From: Phyllobates terribilis | Lineage: Eukaryota | Direction: 5' to 3' | DNA length: 64,000 nt | Assembly: GCF_046119375.1 (NCBI RefSeq) | Contig: NW_027362771.1 | Span: 586,334,001-586,398,000 of the forward strand | Shown: one piece after another, positions 18,374 through 31,278 of the stretch | Layout: every line of letters starts with the position of its first letter | Numbering within the stretch: the stretch's first letter is position 1 | Notes under the pieces: model-generated | What the model was told of the DNA's origin: nothing | The model's database searches: none | Seen by the model: only the letters and a program-made list of their open reading frames with translations | Made by a program: the position numbers and the translations under genes

Positions 18374-18533
18374 TAGACATACATGTGACATATGAATATA
18401 ATTCCCTCATAACAAAATATAAATAAATTAGAAAGCCATTAATAATAATAAATATATATATTTATTATTATCATTATTAATGGCTTTCTATATTTTTTTT
18501 TTTATGAAGGAATTATACTCCTATTTCACACAC

Positions 18534-18609
<76 letters not shown>

Positions 18610-19100
18610 CATACATGTGACATATGAATATAATTCCCTCATAACAAAATATAAATAAATTAGAAAGCCATTAATAATAATAAATATATATTTATTATTA
18701 TCATTATTATTGGCTTTCTATATTTTTTTTTTTATGAAGGAATTATACTCCTATTTCACACACATATCTTATATATATATATATATATATATATATACGC
18801 ATACATGTGACATATGAATATAATTCCCTCATAACAAAATATAAATAAATTAGAAAGCCATTAAAAATAATAAATATATATATTTATTATTATCATTATT
18901 AATGGCTTTCTAATTTATTTATTTTTTTTACGAAGGAATTATACTCCTATTTCACACACATATATTATATATATATATATATATATTATATATGTGTGTG
19001 TGTGTGTGTGTGTGTGAAATAGGAGTATAATTCCTTCGTAAAAAAATGTTAATAAATTAGAAAGCCATTAATAATGATAATAATAAATATATATATATAT
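17690..19100. repeat. AT-rich array of about 7 units (200-230 bp), each internally palindromic and containing an (AT)n tract, inverted at the right end
   Basis: gaaggaattata recurs at about 17698, 17897, 18107, 18306, 18506, 18736 and 18932. ...ttagaaagccattaata...tattaatggctttctaa... forms a hairpin in every unit. Confidence 0.92.
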
Positions 19101-20015
19101 TACGTACATGCATATCTCTTGAGTAAACATTGATATAGGCCCACACAAAAAAGTAGATAATTCTATACATACATGAACGAGACTGATAGTTATATATAAA
19201 TGACAAGAGGGTATATATTGGAGTGCTTTTTGAAAAATTGGGGATAGATATGATTAGACAGACGGACAGACAGACGGACAGACAGACACGATTGCATTAA
19301 CAAATGCCCCAATCCTCATGTGTATGGTTTTTTCCAGCATATTACACCCCAGCTTTCATAATTTGATGGATTCTGGGCCATAAAATGTTCTATATTCCGA
19401 TGATTTTTCTTCTACTGTGTCAATAATAGGAGACTGAAGCATATAATGCTGCATTAAAAATGAATCTTTCATGCAATCAGCCATATAAGTCCGGAGGTGT
19501 ATAGATAGAGATGAGATAGCAGATGACAGGATACATAGATATAGATAAAAGATAGATGATAGACTGATAGATTACAGATAGATAATGATCTATCAACAAA
19601 TCAGATAAGACAGACACACAATTATGAGACAGATATACAGATAAAGTTTATTCGGTGTATACAAAGTTACCATAAGTCTTCCTATGACAGTATATACATA
19701 TATACAGTGCTATTATAGGTTTATTGAAGTGAGGTTTAAATATCGTTTATTTTCTTTCCACATATTCTAGAACACATACACACATATAGCACGCTACTAC
19801 ATAAAGCACATTCTTTGGTGTGGGTGGGTGACGCAGGTTTGAGAAATCAAAGAAATCCTGCTTTAATTTTTCAGGCACTCCCCCCCTGTAAGCACCATGT
19901 GCTTTATATGGAAAGATCCGGTACATGACAGGTTAAACCATCCCCAGACGCCGCGTATAAATTTTAGGGGGACTGGAGTTTTATCTGGCAGAGACGGTCT
20001 GATACGGTGTAGAAG

Positions 20016-23000
20016 ATGAGGTGCGGGGAACCCCTCTGGGTCACCCTCCTGGTTGGACTGCTTGGATCTGTGGCCCCCGCAGCTTTGGACTCTACTGGGG
20101 GGATACAAGGTAGAGGACCAGCTCAGAAAGGTACATTCATTTATCATGTGTAGGGCATAATGCCCCCTAGTGGCAGACTTATCATAAAAAAAGACTGACA
20201 TACCTTAAAATGATGAGGGTAAGAATGTAATACAACTGTGCAAACCACTGGCCCAGGTATGGGCTGTCCTCCGGGCTCAGGAAAGTTTCCACTTCTAGAG
20301 GAAATGTGCAATTTATTTGTCTGGTGTGTATACAGTGAAGGAAATAAGTATTCGATCCCTTGCTGTTTTTGTACGTTTGCGCACTGACAAAGACATGAAC
20401 AGTCTATAATTTTAAGGGTAGGTTAATTTTAACATTGAGAGATAGAATATCCCCCAAAAAATCAAGAAAATCACATTGTATAAATTAGATAAATTTATTT
20501 GGATTTTGCAGTGAGAAATAAGTATTTGATCCCTTACAAACCATTATGAGTTCTGGCTCCTACAGACCAGTTAGACGCTCCTAATAAACTCATTACCTGC
20601 ATTAAAGACAGCTGTCTTACATAGTGTAAAAGACTCCTGTCCACAGACTCAATTAATCAGTCAGACTCTAACCTCTACAACATGGGCAAGACCAAAGAGC
20701 TTTGTAAGGATGTCAGGGACAAGATCATAGACCTGCACAAAGCTGGAATGGGCTACAAAACCATAAGTAAGACGCTGGGCGAGAAGGAGACAACTGTCGG
20801 TGCAATAGTAAGAAAATGGAAGAAATGCAAAATGACTGTCAATCGATCTGGGGCACCATGCAAAATCTCACCTCGTGGATATTCTATCTCTCAATGTTAA
20901 AATTATAGACTGTTCATGTCTTTGTCAGTGGGCAAGCTTACAAAAACAGCAAGGGATCAAATACTTATTTACTCCACTGTAGATACATAATATATAATAA
21001 TTTATATAATTGCATTAGTAATTCAGGAATTTCTCTCAATTTTGTACCTGAACAAGTAATATTTTTTTTCTATTTATTCAAACACAAAAACTAATACATA
21101 TATTTTTTTTTAATAAATAGAAAAAAATATATATTACCGGTACTTGTTCAGGTACAAAATTAGGAGAAATTTCAGTTCTAATAATATAAATAAAATATAT
21201 TTGATAACGTCTCTTATGTGCAGTATTATATTGGCTTTCATGATGTGATGCTACGTCATGTTTTATAGTCTCTGTGCTACATATTTTATTACATAGGATA
21301 TATGTTATATATTAGATTTTGTTACATTGTGACAATTGTCCTCCCTTGTGATCTAGCTATACATTATGTCATATCGTCTGAGATAATAAATATTATATAT
21401 ATATATTTATTATTATTATTTTTATTTTTTTATTTGTAAATGAATAATCAATCACACCAACGAGTTACCCAAATCACCCCATTCTTGATCCTAAGACGAG
21501 CTTTTATCATGCTCCTTCTGCACTGGTTATTTTCCAGGTCAGGATTATATTATAGTTATAAAAAATGATATAATATATATACACTGCTCAAAAAAATAAA
21601 GGGAACACTCAAATAACACATCCTAGATCTGAATGAATGAAATATTCTCATTGAATACTTTGTTCTGTACAAAGTTGAATGTGCTGACACCAAATCACAC
21701 AAAAATCATCAATGGAAATCAAATTTATTAACCAATGGAGGCCTGGATTTGGAGCCACCCCCAAAATTAAAGTGGAAAAACACACTACAAGCTGATCCAA
21801 CTTTGATGTAATGTCCTTAAAACAAGTCAAAATGAGGCTCAGTATTGTGTGTGGCCTCCACGTGCCTGTATGACCTCCCTACAACGCCTGGGCATGCTCC
21901 TGATGAGGCTGAGTATTGTGTGTGGCCTCCACATGCCTGTATGGCCTCCCTACAACACCTGGGCATGCTCCTGATGAGGCTCAGTATTGTGTGTGACCTC
22001 CACATGCCTGTATGACCTCCCTACGCCTGGGCATGCTCCTGATGAGGCTGAGTATTGTGTGTGACCTCCACGTGCCTGTATGACCTCCCTACAACGCCTG
22101 GGCATGCTCCTGATGAGGCTGAGTATTGTGTGTGACCTCCACGTGCCTGTATGGCCTCCCTACAACGCCTGGGCATGCTCCTGATGAGGCTGAGTATTGT
22201 GTGTGGCCTCCACGTGCCTGTATGACCTCCCTACAACGCCTGGGCATGCTCCTGATGAGGCTCAGTATTGTGTGTGGCCTCCACGTGCCTGTATGACCTC
22301 CCTACAACGCCTGGGCATGCTCCTGATGAGGCTCAGTATTGTGTGTGGCCTCCACGTGCCTGTATGACCTCTCTACAACGCCTGGGCATGCTCCTGATGA
22401 GGCTGAGTATTGTGTGTGACCTCCACGTGCCTGTATGACCTCCCTACAACGCCTGGGCATGCTCCTGATGAGGCTGAGTATTGTGTGTGACCTACACGTG
22501 CCTGTATGACCTCCCTACAACGCCTGGGCATGCTCCTGATGAGGCTGAGTATTGTGTGTGACCTCCACGTGCCTGTATGACCTCCCTACAACGCCTGGGC
22601 ATGCTCCTGATGAGGCTGAGTATTGTGTGTGACCTCCACGTGCCTGTATGACCTCCCTACAACGCCTGGGCATGCTCCTGATGAGGCTGAGTATTGTGTG
22701 TGACCTCCACGTGCCTGTATGGCCTCCCTACAACGCCTGGGCATGCTCCTGATGAGGCTGAGTATTGTGTGTGGCCTCCACGTGCCTGTATGACCTCCCT
22801 ACAACGCCTGGGCATGCTCCTGATGAGGCTCAGTATTGTGTGTGGCCTCCACGTGCCTGTATGACCTCCCTACAACGCCTGGGCATGCTCCTGATGAGGC
22901 TCAGTATTGTGTGTGGCCTCCACGTGCCTGTATGACCTCTCTACAACGCCTGGGCATGCTCCTGATGAGGCTGAGTATTGTGTGTGGCCTCCACGTGCCT

Positions 23001-24492
23001 GTATAACCTCCCTACAATGCCTGGGCATGCTCCTGATGAGGCTGAGTATTGTGTGTGGCCTCCACGTGCCTGTATGACCTCCCTACAACGCCTGGACATG
23101 CTCCTGATGAGGCTCAGTATTGTGTATGGCCTCCACGTGCCTGTATGACCTCCCTACAACACCTGGACATGCTCCTGATGAGGCTCAGTATTGTGTGTGG
23201 CCTCCACGTGCCTGTATGACCTCCCTACAACACCTGGGCATGCTCCTGATGAGGCTGAGTATTGTGTGTGGCCTCCACGTGCCTGTATGACCTCCCTACA
23301 ACACCTGGGCATGCTCCTGATGAGGTTGCGGATGGTCTCCTGTGGGATCTCCTCCCAGACCTGGACTAAAGCATCCGCCAACTCCTGGACAGTCTGTGGT
23401 GCAATGTGACGTTGGTGGATGGAGCGAGACATGATCTCCCAGATGTGCTCAATCGGATTCAGGTCTGGGGAACGGGCGGGCCAGTCCATAGCTTCAATGC
23501 CTTCATCTTGCAGGAACTGCTGACACACTCCAGCCACATGAGGTCTGGCATTGTCCTGCATTAGGAGGAACCCAGGGCCAACCACACCAGCATATGGTCT
23601 CACAAGGGGTCTGAGGATCTCATCTAGGTACCTAATGGCAGTCAGGCTACCTCTGGCGAGCACATGGAGGGCTGTGCGGCCCTCCAAAGAAATGCCACCC
23701 CACACCATTACTGACCCACTGCCAAACCGGTCATGCTGAAGGATGTTGCAGGCAGCAGATCGCTCTCCACGGCGTCTCCAGACTCTGTCACGTCTGTCAC
23801 ATGTGCTCAGTGTGAACCTGCTTTCATCTGTGAAGAGCACAGGGCGCCAGTGGCGACTTTGCCAATCCTGGTGTTCTGTGGCAAATGCCAAGCGTTCTGC
23901 ACGGTGTTGGGCTGTGAGTACAACCCCCATCTGTGGACGTCGGGCCCTCATACCACCCTCATGGAGTCGGTTTCTAACCGTTTGTACAGACACATGCACA
24001 TTTGTGGCCTGCTGGAGGTCATTTTGCAGGGCTCTGGCAGTGCTCCTCCTGTTCCTCCTTGCACAAAAGGAAAGGTAGCCGGCCCCCTCCATGTCTCCTG
24101 GTGTACTGGCCTGTCTCCTGATAGCGCCTCCAGCCTCTGGACACTACCTGACAGACGCAGCAAACCTTCTTGCCACAGCTCGCATTGATGTGCCATCCTG
24201 GATGAGCTGCACTACCTGAGCAACTTCTGTGGGTTGTAGAGTCCGTCTCATGCTACCACGAGTGTGAAAGCACAACTATCATTCAAAAGTGACCAAAACA
24301 TCAGCCAGAAAGCATTGGTACTGAGATGTTGTCTGTGGTCCCCACCTGCAGAACCACTCCTTTATTGAGTATGTCTTGATAATTGCCAATAATTTCCATC
24401 TATTGTCTATTCCATTAGCACAACAGCGTGTGAAATTGATTGTCAATCAATTATATTCTGTTATTTACGTGTTCCATTTATTTTTTTGAGCA

Positions 24493-24557
<65 letters not shown>

Positions 24558-25386
24558 CTTTTTTTATTTTTTTTTTTCGGCTGCCACTTGGTAAATTTGA
24601 CCCGTGGTGTGCACAAAGCTCACAGTGGCAGATTGTGCAGGACTCTTGCGATGGGGCCGATGTCTGTGCAGATATAAGGCTACATGTGTCGCCTGACACT
24701 GAAATTGCTGCAATATTAGATGTATTGATTTAGTATGGCGTTTCGCTATGACCTCCTGTGACGTCGAGTGGCAAATGTTTGCAAATATGTTGGATTTTCT
24801 GCTGCTGGTTGCAAGTCACATGCGACTTTATCTGCAGCGTGGCTCATTTATTTACAGCAAAATCACAAAACAGTCGCATAACAGCGAGTTGCAGCCATTT
24901 TTGTCCTGTGACTTTTCAGAAAACTGCTGTTGCACAACACATGTCGCAGTGTAGTGAGAACTAATACCTACATCCCCCTGTTGTCTCTTCACAGATGCCG
25001 GCGGTTTCTCGCTGTTATCAGGTGGTGCCCCCCGCCCACGAGTTAGGAGAAGACTGCAGTCAGGACGACCTCGTATGGAGGATCGGGAATGCCGTCTGAA
25101 AACACTGCTGCTGAGAGTCGGAGACCTTGGACTCGGCTATGACTCTGAAGAGACCGTCCTATTCAAGTACTGCGGTGGCGGATGTGCCCGATCACGTACA
25201 AACCACGACCTGACTCTTACACGGCTGCTGCAGAAGAGCGACCTCCCTTCTCTTCTGGAGGAGAAAATATACGGCGGGCCCTGCTGCCGCCCCACGCACT
25301 ATGAAGATGTCGCCTTCCTGGATGACAGCCACCGGTGGCACACAGTGGAAAAACTGTCAGCAGCAGCGTGCGGCTGTGTGGGGTAA
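20016..25386 (+). CDS. PSPN: Persephin (GDNF-family ligand), join(20016..20130,24995..25386), 168 aa
   Basis: Exon 1 encodes a signal-peptide-like [22 protein letters not shown] and ends G|gtacat (phase 1). Exon 2 follows ttcacag| in matching phase, with furin-like RVRR and a 7-Cys cystine knot ([46 protein letters not shown]). Convergent with ALKBH7 as in human. Confidence 0.9.
20333..20979 (+). mobile_element. Internally deleted Tc1 derivative in the PSPN intron
   Basis: TA-flanked TIRs (cagtgaaggaaataagtatt...aatacttatttactccactg). Only the N-terminal HTH remains ([30 protein letters not shown]). Confidence 0.92.
21582..24495 (-). mobile_element. Tc1-like element in the PSPN intron, catalytic DD34E domain still open, N-terminus frameshifted
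   Basis: TIRs cactgctcaaaaaaataaagggaacac / gtgttccatttatttttttgagcagt. ORF 23154-24092 has [15 protein letters not shown] and SPDLNPIEH with 34 residues between D and E. Confidence 0.95.
21842..23325. repeat. About 21 tandem copies of a 71-bp unit derived from the transposase C-terminus and stop codon
   Basis: Period 71 (acgtgcctg at 22141 and 22212). The minus strand of the unit reads [22 protein letters not shown] then TGA or TCA. Confidence 0.97.
24494..24556. repeat. (TA)n microsatellite of about 30 units abutting the Tc1 terminus
   Basis: Direct reading. Confidence 0.98.
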
Positions 25387-25677
25387 CAAGCCACCGACAT
25401 AAAATAGAGCCGCTCAGTAGTGAACTTATTTATGAATGTAATCTATTCGGCCAGGCCAAGATGGCGACCAAGCGGTTACCAAGTAAAAAAGGCAAACCCG
25501 ACTACAGAAAAAAAATCAGAGCATAAGGTCACAGCGCCACAGCAACATGGCCCCGAAAGATGGCATCTGGTTTGCTGAAAACTTTGCCCCCTTCTTGTTT
25601 ATATCCAGAAGGTAAAAATTTGTCCTGATCATATCCAGCTGACACTGCAGAAGGCGCTGATAGCTGGACAGCTTGTC

Positions 25678-26015
25678 ACACGGCATCAGGGCTCTCACTG
25701 GCATGGCACGGCGACCGGGCCCTCACTGGCACGGCACGGCGTCAGGGCTCTCACTGGCACGGCACGGCGTCAGGGCTCTCACTGGCACGGCACGGCGTCA
25801 GGGCTCTCACTGGCACGGCACGGCGTCAGGGCTCTCACTGGCACGGCACGGCGTCAGGGCTCTCACTGGCACGGCACGGCGTCCGGGCTCTCACTGGCAC
25901 GGCACGGCGTCAGGGCTCTCACTGGCACGGCACGGCGTCAGGGCTCTCACTGGCACGGCACGGCGTCAGGGCTCTCACTGGCACGGCACGGTGTCAGGGC
26001 TCTCACTGGCATGGC
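25678..26015. repeat. 28-bp GC-rich minisatellite (cacggcacggcgtcagggctctcactgg), about 12 copies, just 3' of PSPN
   Basis: Period 28 (gtcagggc at 25741 and 25769). Confidence 0.95.
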
Positions 26016-27507
26016 ACCGAGCAGGCTTTTAAGTTGGATATGATCAGAACTAGAGTTGGTGGGGATCGATTCGCAGGATCTGGCTCAGCGAACACCTAAG
26101 TATTCTGTGGCTGCCGGACGGGAGTCCTGAGAACTGCCTCCTGCCTGGCGCGACGTCACATGCTCATCAAACTGCAAAGATGACGTCACACCAGATGGGC
26201 TAAGCCAAGGAGTGGATATCGTCAGGTCAGAGATGGCAGTTCTCACGGCACACATCCAGTGATTACAGTTCATCCACATGGCCGCTGGAGCAGCTCCTGC
26301 AAACTGATTCGCACTCTCTCTAATTAGGACAGAAGTGTACAAGTGTTTCAGCACAGTGACAACAAGCAGATCAGGTTTTGGACTCCCGCCATGACAAATC
26401 CCATAGACATGTCACCAATATTATATGCCCAGATGACCCCTTTATATGTATTTTTCAAAATTTCTTCTGATAATGAGGTTGTTTTTTTCCCCAAGTTTTC
26501 CATATGATGATGCCTAGAAAAAAAAAAGAAATCTTGCAATTTTCACACTGGTCACCAAGCCTAATAGTAGACTCATACTTACTGCTCTGCTTGCCACACT
26601 TTTCAGCAGTTTCATTACCATCACAGACGGGATAACAATGACAAATAATTCCTCTATATGCAGAAGATAGCACAGGATCCACCAATCACAGGTCACATTC
26701 CCTTCACTATTGAAAATTTCCTGTATAGGTCAATCAGTCAGTGCCAATCTATTGCAGCCAGTGTCCATGTGGCTGCCGAAAAGAACAGCAAGTATGAGTC
26801 TAAAATTAACCTTCATTGCAAGATTTCCCTTTTTGTTTTTTTATATACTATATTTATTGTGATATGAAAAACTGTTAACAAAAAAAAAAATAATAATAAT
26901 CCTTTTTTACACAATAAGTCATTTTCTAATAACATTCCCTTTATGTGACATATGGCTCTGAACACCTCACCTTCCAGCAGACCTGTGAAGATGATGCGTG
27001 GGGTGAGGACTTTGCCACATACCTCCCTCATGTTTGTTTTTTTTATATATATATAAGTAATCTTGCTTTTAGCAGCCAGTAAGATACAGAAAAAAAACTA
27101 TTTAATGTAAAAATAACTTATTTATTTATTCCATTGTAGATCCAAGACAAATAAAATGCCATTGATAAAAAAAAATAGCACAGATCTTCAGTGTTCTTTT
27201 TTTTGCAACCAAAAATGGCCATCATTTAGGAGGAGAATTTTTATGATCACCATGTACTGATGGTGAAGGCGCTGTGGTGGTGTAGTAATAGTCCTACAAG
27301 AGCCGAATGTAACTCCTGTATTACGTCTCCACTAGATATACAGAATTATATACAGAATATCATCACCATAAATTAAAGCTTAAATTGCCTTTATAATTGT
27401 ATCAACAAGAGGAAAAAACATTTCTCTCCACTGGATTCATCTGATAATAAGTTAGGAAAGGGGGTAAAAGTCGCAACAAACCGTCAGCACCGATAGACGA
27501 GACATCA

Positions 27508-30500
27508 TCAGCTCACCGGAAGATTTCTGCAGATAATTGAGATACGGCGATCTCGGGGCACTGGCACGCCATTGAAGAAGGACTCCTCTCCACGTAGGAT
27601 TTCATGGGTAAACTTGAAGCGAGCGACACCGCTGAGATGAAAAGTGACAAAGTGTGAGTGACGTCCAGATAAAAACATACAATGTAATATAATAGAAGAG
27701 AGGTGAGGGTGGGGTGATGTTCCCCATTGTGGACAATCTGTACAATAAGCAGATCACACAGTCTTCCCCCACCTGGCACTATTACAAAAGTAGAGATAAG
27801 CAAAACGATTGTCACTACCCTGATCTGGCGTCCACTTTAGCAAAACACGGGAGCAGGGCGAACTATCCCGGCTGGCACGCGAATGCCTGTATGCAGAATT
27901 ACCGGGCTCCCACAAAGTAATGGTGTCGTTCAAGGCCTCGGCACTATGAAGTTTGCACTGAAGTGGACATCGGACTAGGGAAGCACGATCTTATATCTCA
28001 TCTCTAATTGTAATCAATGGGAGATCAAAGAGGAGAGAGGGGAAAAGAATAGAGAGGAGAGAGGGGAAAAGAATAGAGAGGAGAGAGGGGAAAAGAATAG
28101 AGAGGAGAGAGGGGAACAGAATAGAGAGGAGAGAGGGGAACAGAATAGAGAGGAGAGAGGTTAACAGAATAGAGAGGAGAGAGGTTAACAGAATAGAGAG
28201 GAGAGAGGGGAACAGAATAGAGAGGAGAGAGGGGAACAGAATAGAGAGGAGAGAGGGGCACAGAATAGAGAGGAGAGAGGGGCACAGAATAGAGAGGAGA
28301 GAGGGGAACAGAATAGAGAGGAGAGAGGGGAACAGAATAGAGAGGAGAGAGGGGCAAAGAATAGAGAGGAGAGAGGGGAAAAGAATAGAGAGGACAGAGG
28401 GGAACAGAATAGAGAGGAGAGAGGGGAGAGGGGCACAGAATAGAGAGGAGAGAGGGGAACAGAATAGAGAGGAGAGAGGGGCACAGAATAGAGAGGAGAG
28501 AGGGGCACAGAATAGAGAGGAGAGAGGGGCACAGAATAGAGAGGAGAGAGGGGCACAGAATAGAGAGGAGAGAGGGGCACAGAATAGAGAGGAGAGGGGC
28601 ACAGAATAGAGAGGAGAGAGGGGCACAGAATAGAGAGGAGAGAGGGGCACAGAATAGAGAGGAGAGAGGGGCACAGAATAGAGAGGAGAGAGGGGAAAAG
28701 AATAGAGAGGACAGAGGGGAACAGAATAGAGAGGAGAGAGGGGAGAGGGGCACAGAATAGAGAGGAGAGAGGGGAGAGGGGCACAGAATAGAGAGGAGAG
28801 AGGGGCACAGAATAGAGAGGAGAGAGGGGCACAGAATAGAGAGGAGAGAGGGGCACAGAATAGAGAGGAGAGAGGGGCACAGAATAGAGAGGAGAGAGGG
28901 GCACAGAATAGAGAGGAGAGAGGGGAAAAGAATAGAGAGGAGAGAGGGGAAAAGAATAGAGAGGAGAGAGGGGAAAAGAATAGAGAGGAGAGAGGGGAAA
29001 AGAATAGAGAGGAGAGAGGGGAAAAGAATAGAGAGGGGAGAGGGGCACAGAATAGAGAGGAGAGAGGGGCACAGAATAGAGAGGAGAGAGGGGCACAGAA
29101 TAGAGAGAGAGGGGCACAGAATAGAGAGGAGAGAGGGGCACAGAATAGAGAGGAGAGAGGGGCACAGAATAGAGAGGAGAGAGGGGCACAGAATAGAGAG
29201 GAGAGAGGGGCACAGAATAGAGAGGAGAGAGGGGCACAGAATAGAGAGGAGAGAGGGGAACAGAATAGAAAGGGGTATAGAATAGAGAGGAGAGAGGGGC
29301 ACAGAATAGAGAGGAGAGAGGGGCACAGAATAGAGAGGAGAGAGGGGCACAGAATAGAGAGGAGAGAGGGGCACAGAATAGAGAGGAGAGAGGGGCACAG
29401 AATAGAGAGGAGAGAGGGGCACAGAATAGAGAGGAGAGAGGGCAACACAATAGAGAGGGCAACACAATAGAGAGGGCAACACAATAGAGAGGGCAACAGA
29501 ATAGAGGAGAGAGAAAAAAAAGTGAGATCGAGATCCTATAAGCTGGCTACAGACATCAGATATTAGATTCCGACAGATCCTGATCTTCTGTTTAGTAATC
29601 TGCTGTGAATCCTACAAGTGTGACCAGCACTGCTATCGGACCTTACGGGAAGGTGATCGCACAATAGAGTGGATTCACTGGACCCGGTCCATCGGCCATG
29701 TCAGTAGTCTGTGACTGTTGCAGCCTTCAGAACCACCTGTTGCCCAACAGCATCTGTGGCTCTTCTCTTGATTAGCCAGCCACCCCATACACTTTGGATA
29801 GACGGCTGGGTTCAGTCAACAGTAGTGCAATGGGTGCGGCCATTTTTACCAGGAGTGGCTAACAATCTGTGAGGTCTTTCTCTAAGACACGGGTAAAGTA
29901 ATGGCGCACACAGGCATGAAGACTACTGACCTCATTATATACAGGCAGCGTCTGGGCAGCAATAGATCCACTCGCTCCTCTCCATTTTCCACAGACACCA
30001 GTCGCATGACGCTGCTGGATAGCAGGCAGATCCCGGCAATGGTGCTGCCACAGAACTGGTAAAGGAGAGGCGGCATGAGCTGAGTGCTAGTGTCCTCCGC
30101 ACACAGTGTCAGGACCCGACCCACCAACCACACAGCCTCACCTTCACGCTGTCCACGTGCGGTTTGATGTATCCATCTTTCTGGAGGTCTAAGACATGGA
30201 CGAGTGACAGCTGGTTCTCTCCGGGGGGGAAGGCCTTGTCTCTCACCCTCTGGATGACAGCGGAGGAGTCTGGGGACCAGTGCAGGCGCTCGACCTCCCG
30301 GAAGCCATGGATCGCCTGCAGGGAGAGAAGATGTACAGAGCTATGGTAAAGTAATGGCAGCTCAGCCAGTTCACCAACTGCTGGATATGGGGGGGGGCAT
30401 GATGCTGGGGGGGGAATGTTTTAGAGCAGTACTGAGGAGTGCAGCTGTGAATCCAGCACTAGGGAGGAGGAAGAAAACACTTACTAGAAAGGCAGCTGCA

Positions 30501-31278
30501 ATCTGATCCCTCAGTGACCTGTCAGTCCATCTTCAGAAAGTAGTATCGTCAGATAAATTTGAGCAATTTTGCAATTTGCTGCTTGTTAAAATTTTCAGCC
30601 GTTCTTGAGATAAACACTTTTTTTCTTCTTTTCTTCGCAGCTCATTGCCATGGAGACCGACCACCGTGGTCTACACATTTGCCGTGCTTACAAGCTGTGA
30701 ACTAGCGATGGTCGGTCTCCATGGCAACAAGCCACGAACAAAAGGAAAAAGTGTTATTATCTCAAGAACGGCTGAACGTTTTAACGAGTAGTAAACTGAA
30801 GACGAGCTGGTATTTACAGGAAAAATCCGACAATGTCCATCTGTGACGCTGGATTTTAGCAGAATAATGATAAATGGCCTAAACATATAACAGGGGATAT
30901 GACACTATTCAGACGTCTGCAGTACAGAGGCGACATTTTGAGGAATAAGTCGCACACAGCAGTAAGGACGGTCCCCGCACTCACGTCATCCCAATGGCCG
31001 CTCTCGTAGCGCTTCTTCCTCAGTACAGGCTCCAGCTCCCGGCACAGTGCGGCCTCCTCCTCGGCAGTAATGAAGTCCGGCTGCAGGGTGAGGCCGGGGG
31101 ACAGCTGGGACAGCACGGCTGCTGAGGACGGAGACACCTGCTTATCCGGCAGCGGAACCGCATGGTGGAACCGGGACCAGATTCCCGATTTTACCGCAGC
31201 AAGACCGCGCGGCCTATTCACAGCGCAGACCCACCGCCGCGAGTTACCAAGGCAACAGCGACCACTGGACGCCGCCAT
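27508..31278 (-). CDS. ALKBH7: AlkB homolog 7, mitochondrial Fe(II)/2-oxoglutarate dioxygenase, complement(join(27508..27631,29931..30055,30142..30315,30985..31278)), 238 aa
   Basis: Four exons with consistent phases (0,0,2), 717 nt. Motifs [46 protein letters not shown] (HxD), RRCLYIM, FTHEIL (distal His), [11 protein letters not shown]. Confidence 0.96.
28020..29510. repeat. 24-bp polypurine minisatellite (cagaatagagaggagagaggggca), about 60 copies, in ALKBH7 intron 3
   Basis: Period 24 (tagagagg at 28441 and 28465). The + strand is almost entirely A/G. Confidence 0.97.

Noticed and set aside
21842-23325. CRISPR-like appearance of this and other regular arrays
   Set aside because: Units are head-to-tail with no unique spacers, there are no cas genes, and the context is eukaryotic.
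24995-25386. Calling the ligand neurturin, GDNF or artemin
   Set aside because: It lacks the NRTN YEDEVSFLD insertion, ends [10 protein letters not shown], and lies convergent with ALKBH7 like PSPN.
27991-29496. 400-500 aa Leu/Ser/Pro ORFs
   Set aside because: Pyrimidine strand of the 24-bp minisatellite inside an ALKBH7 intron.
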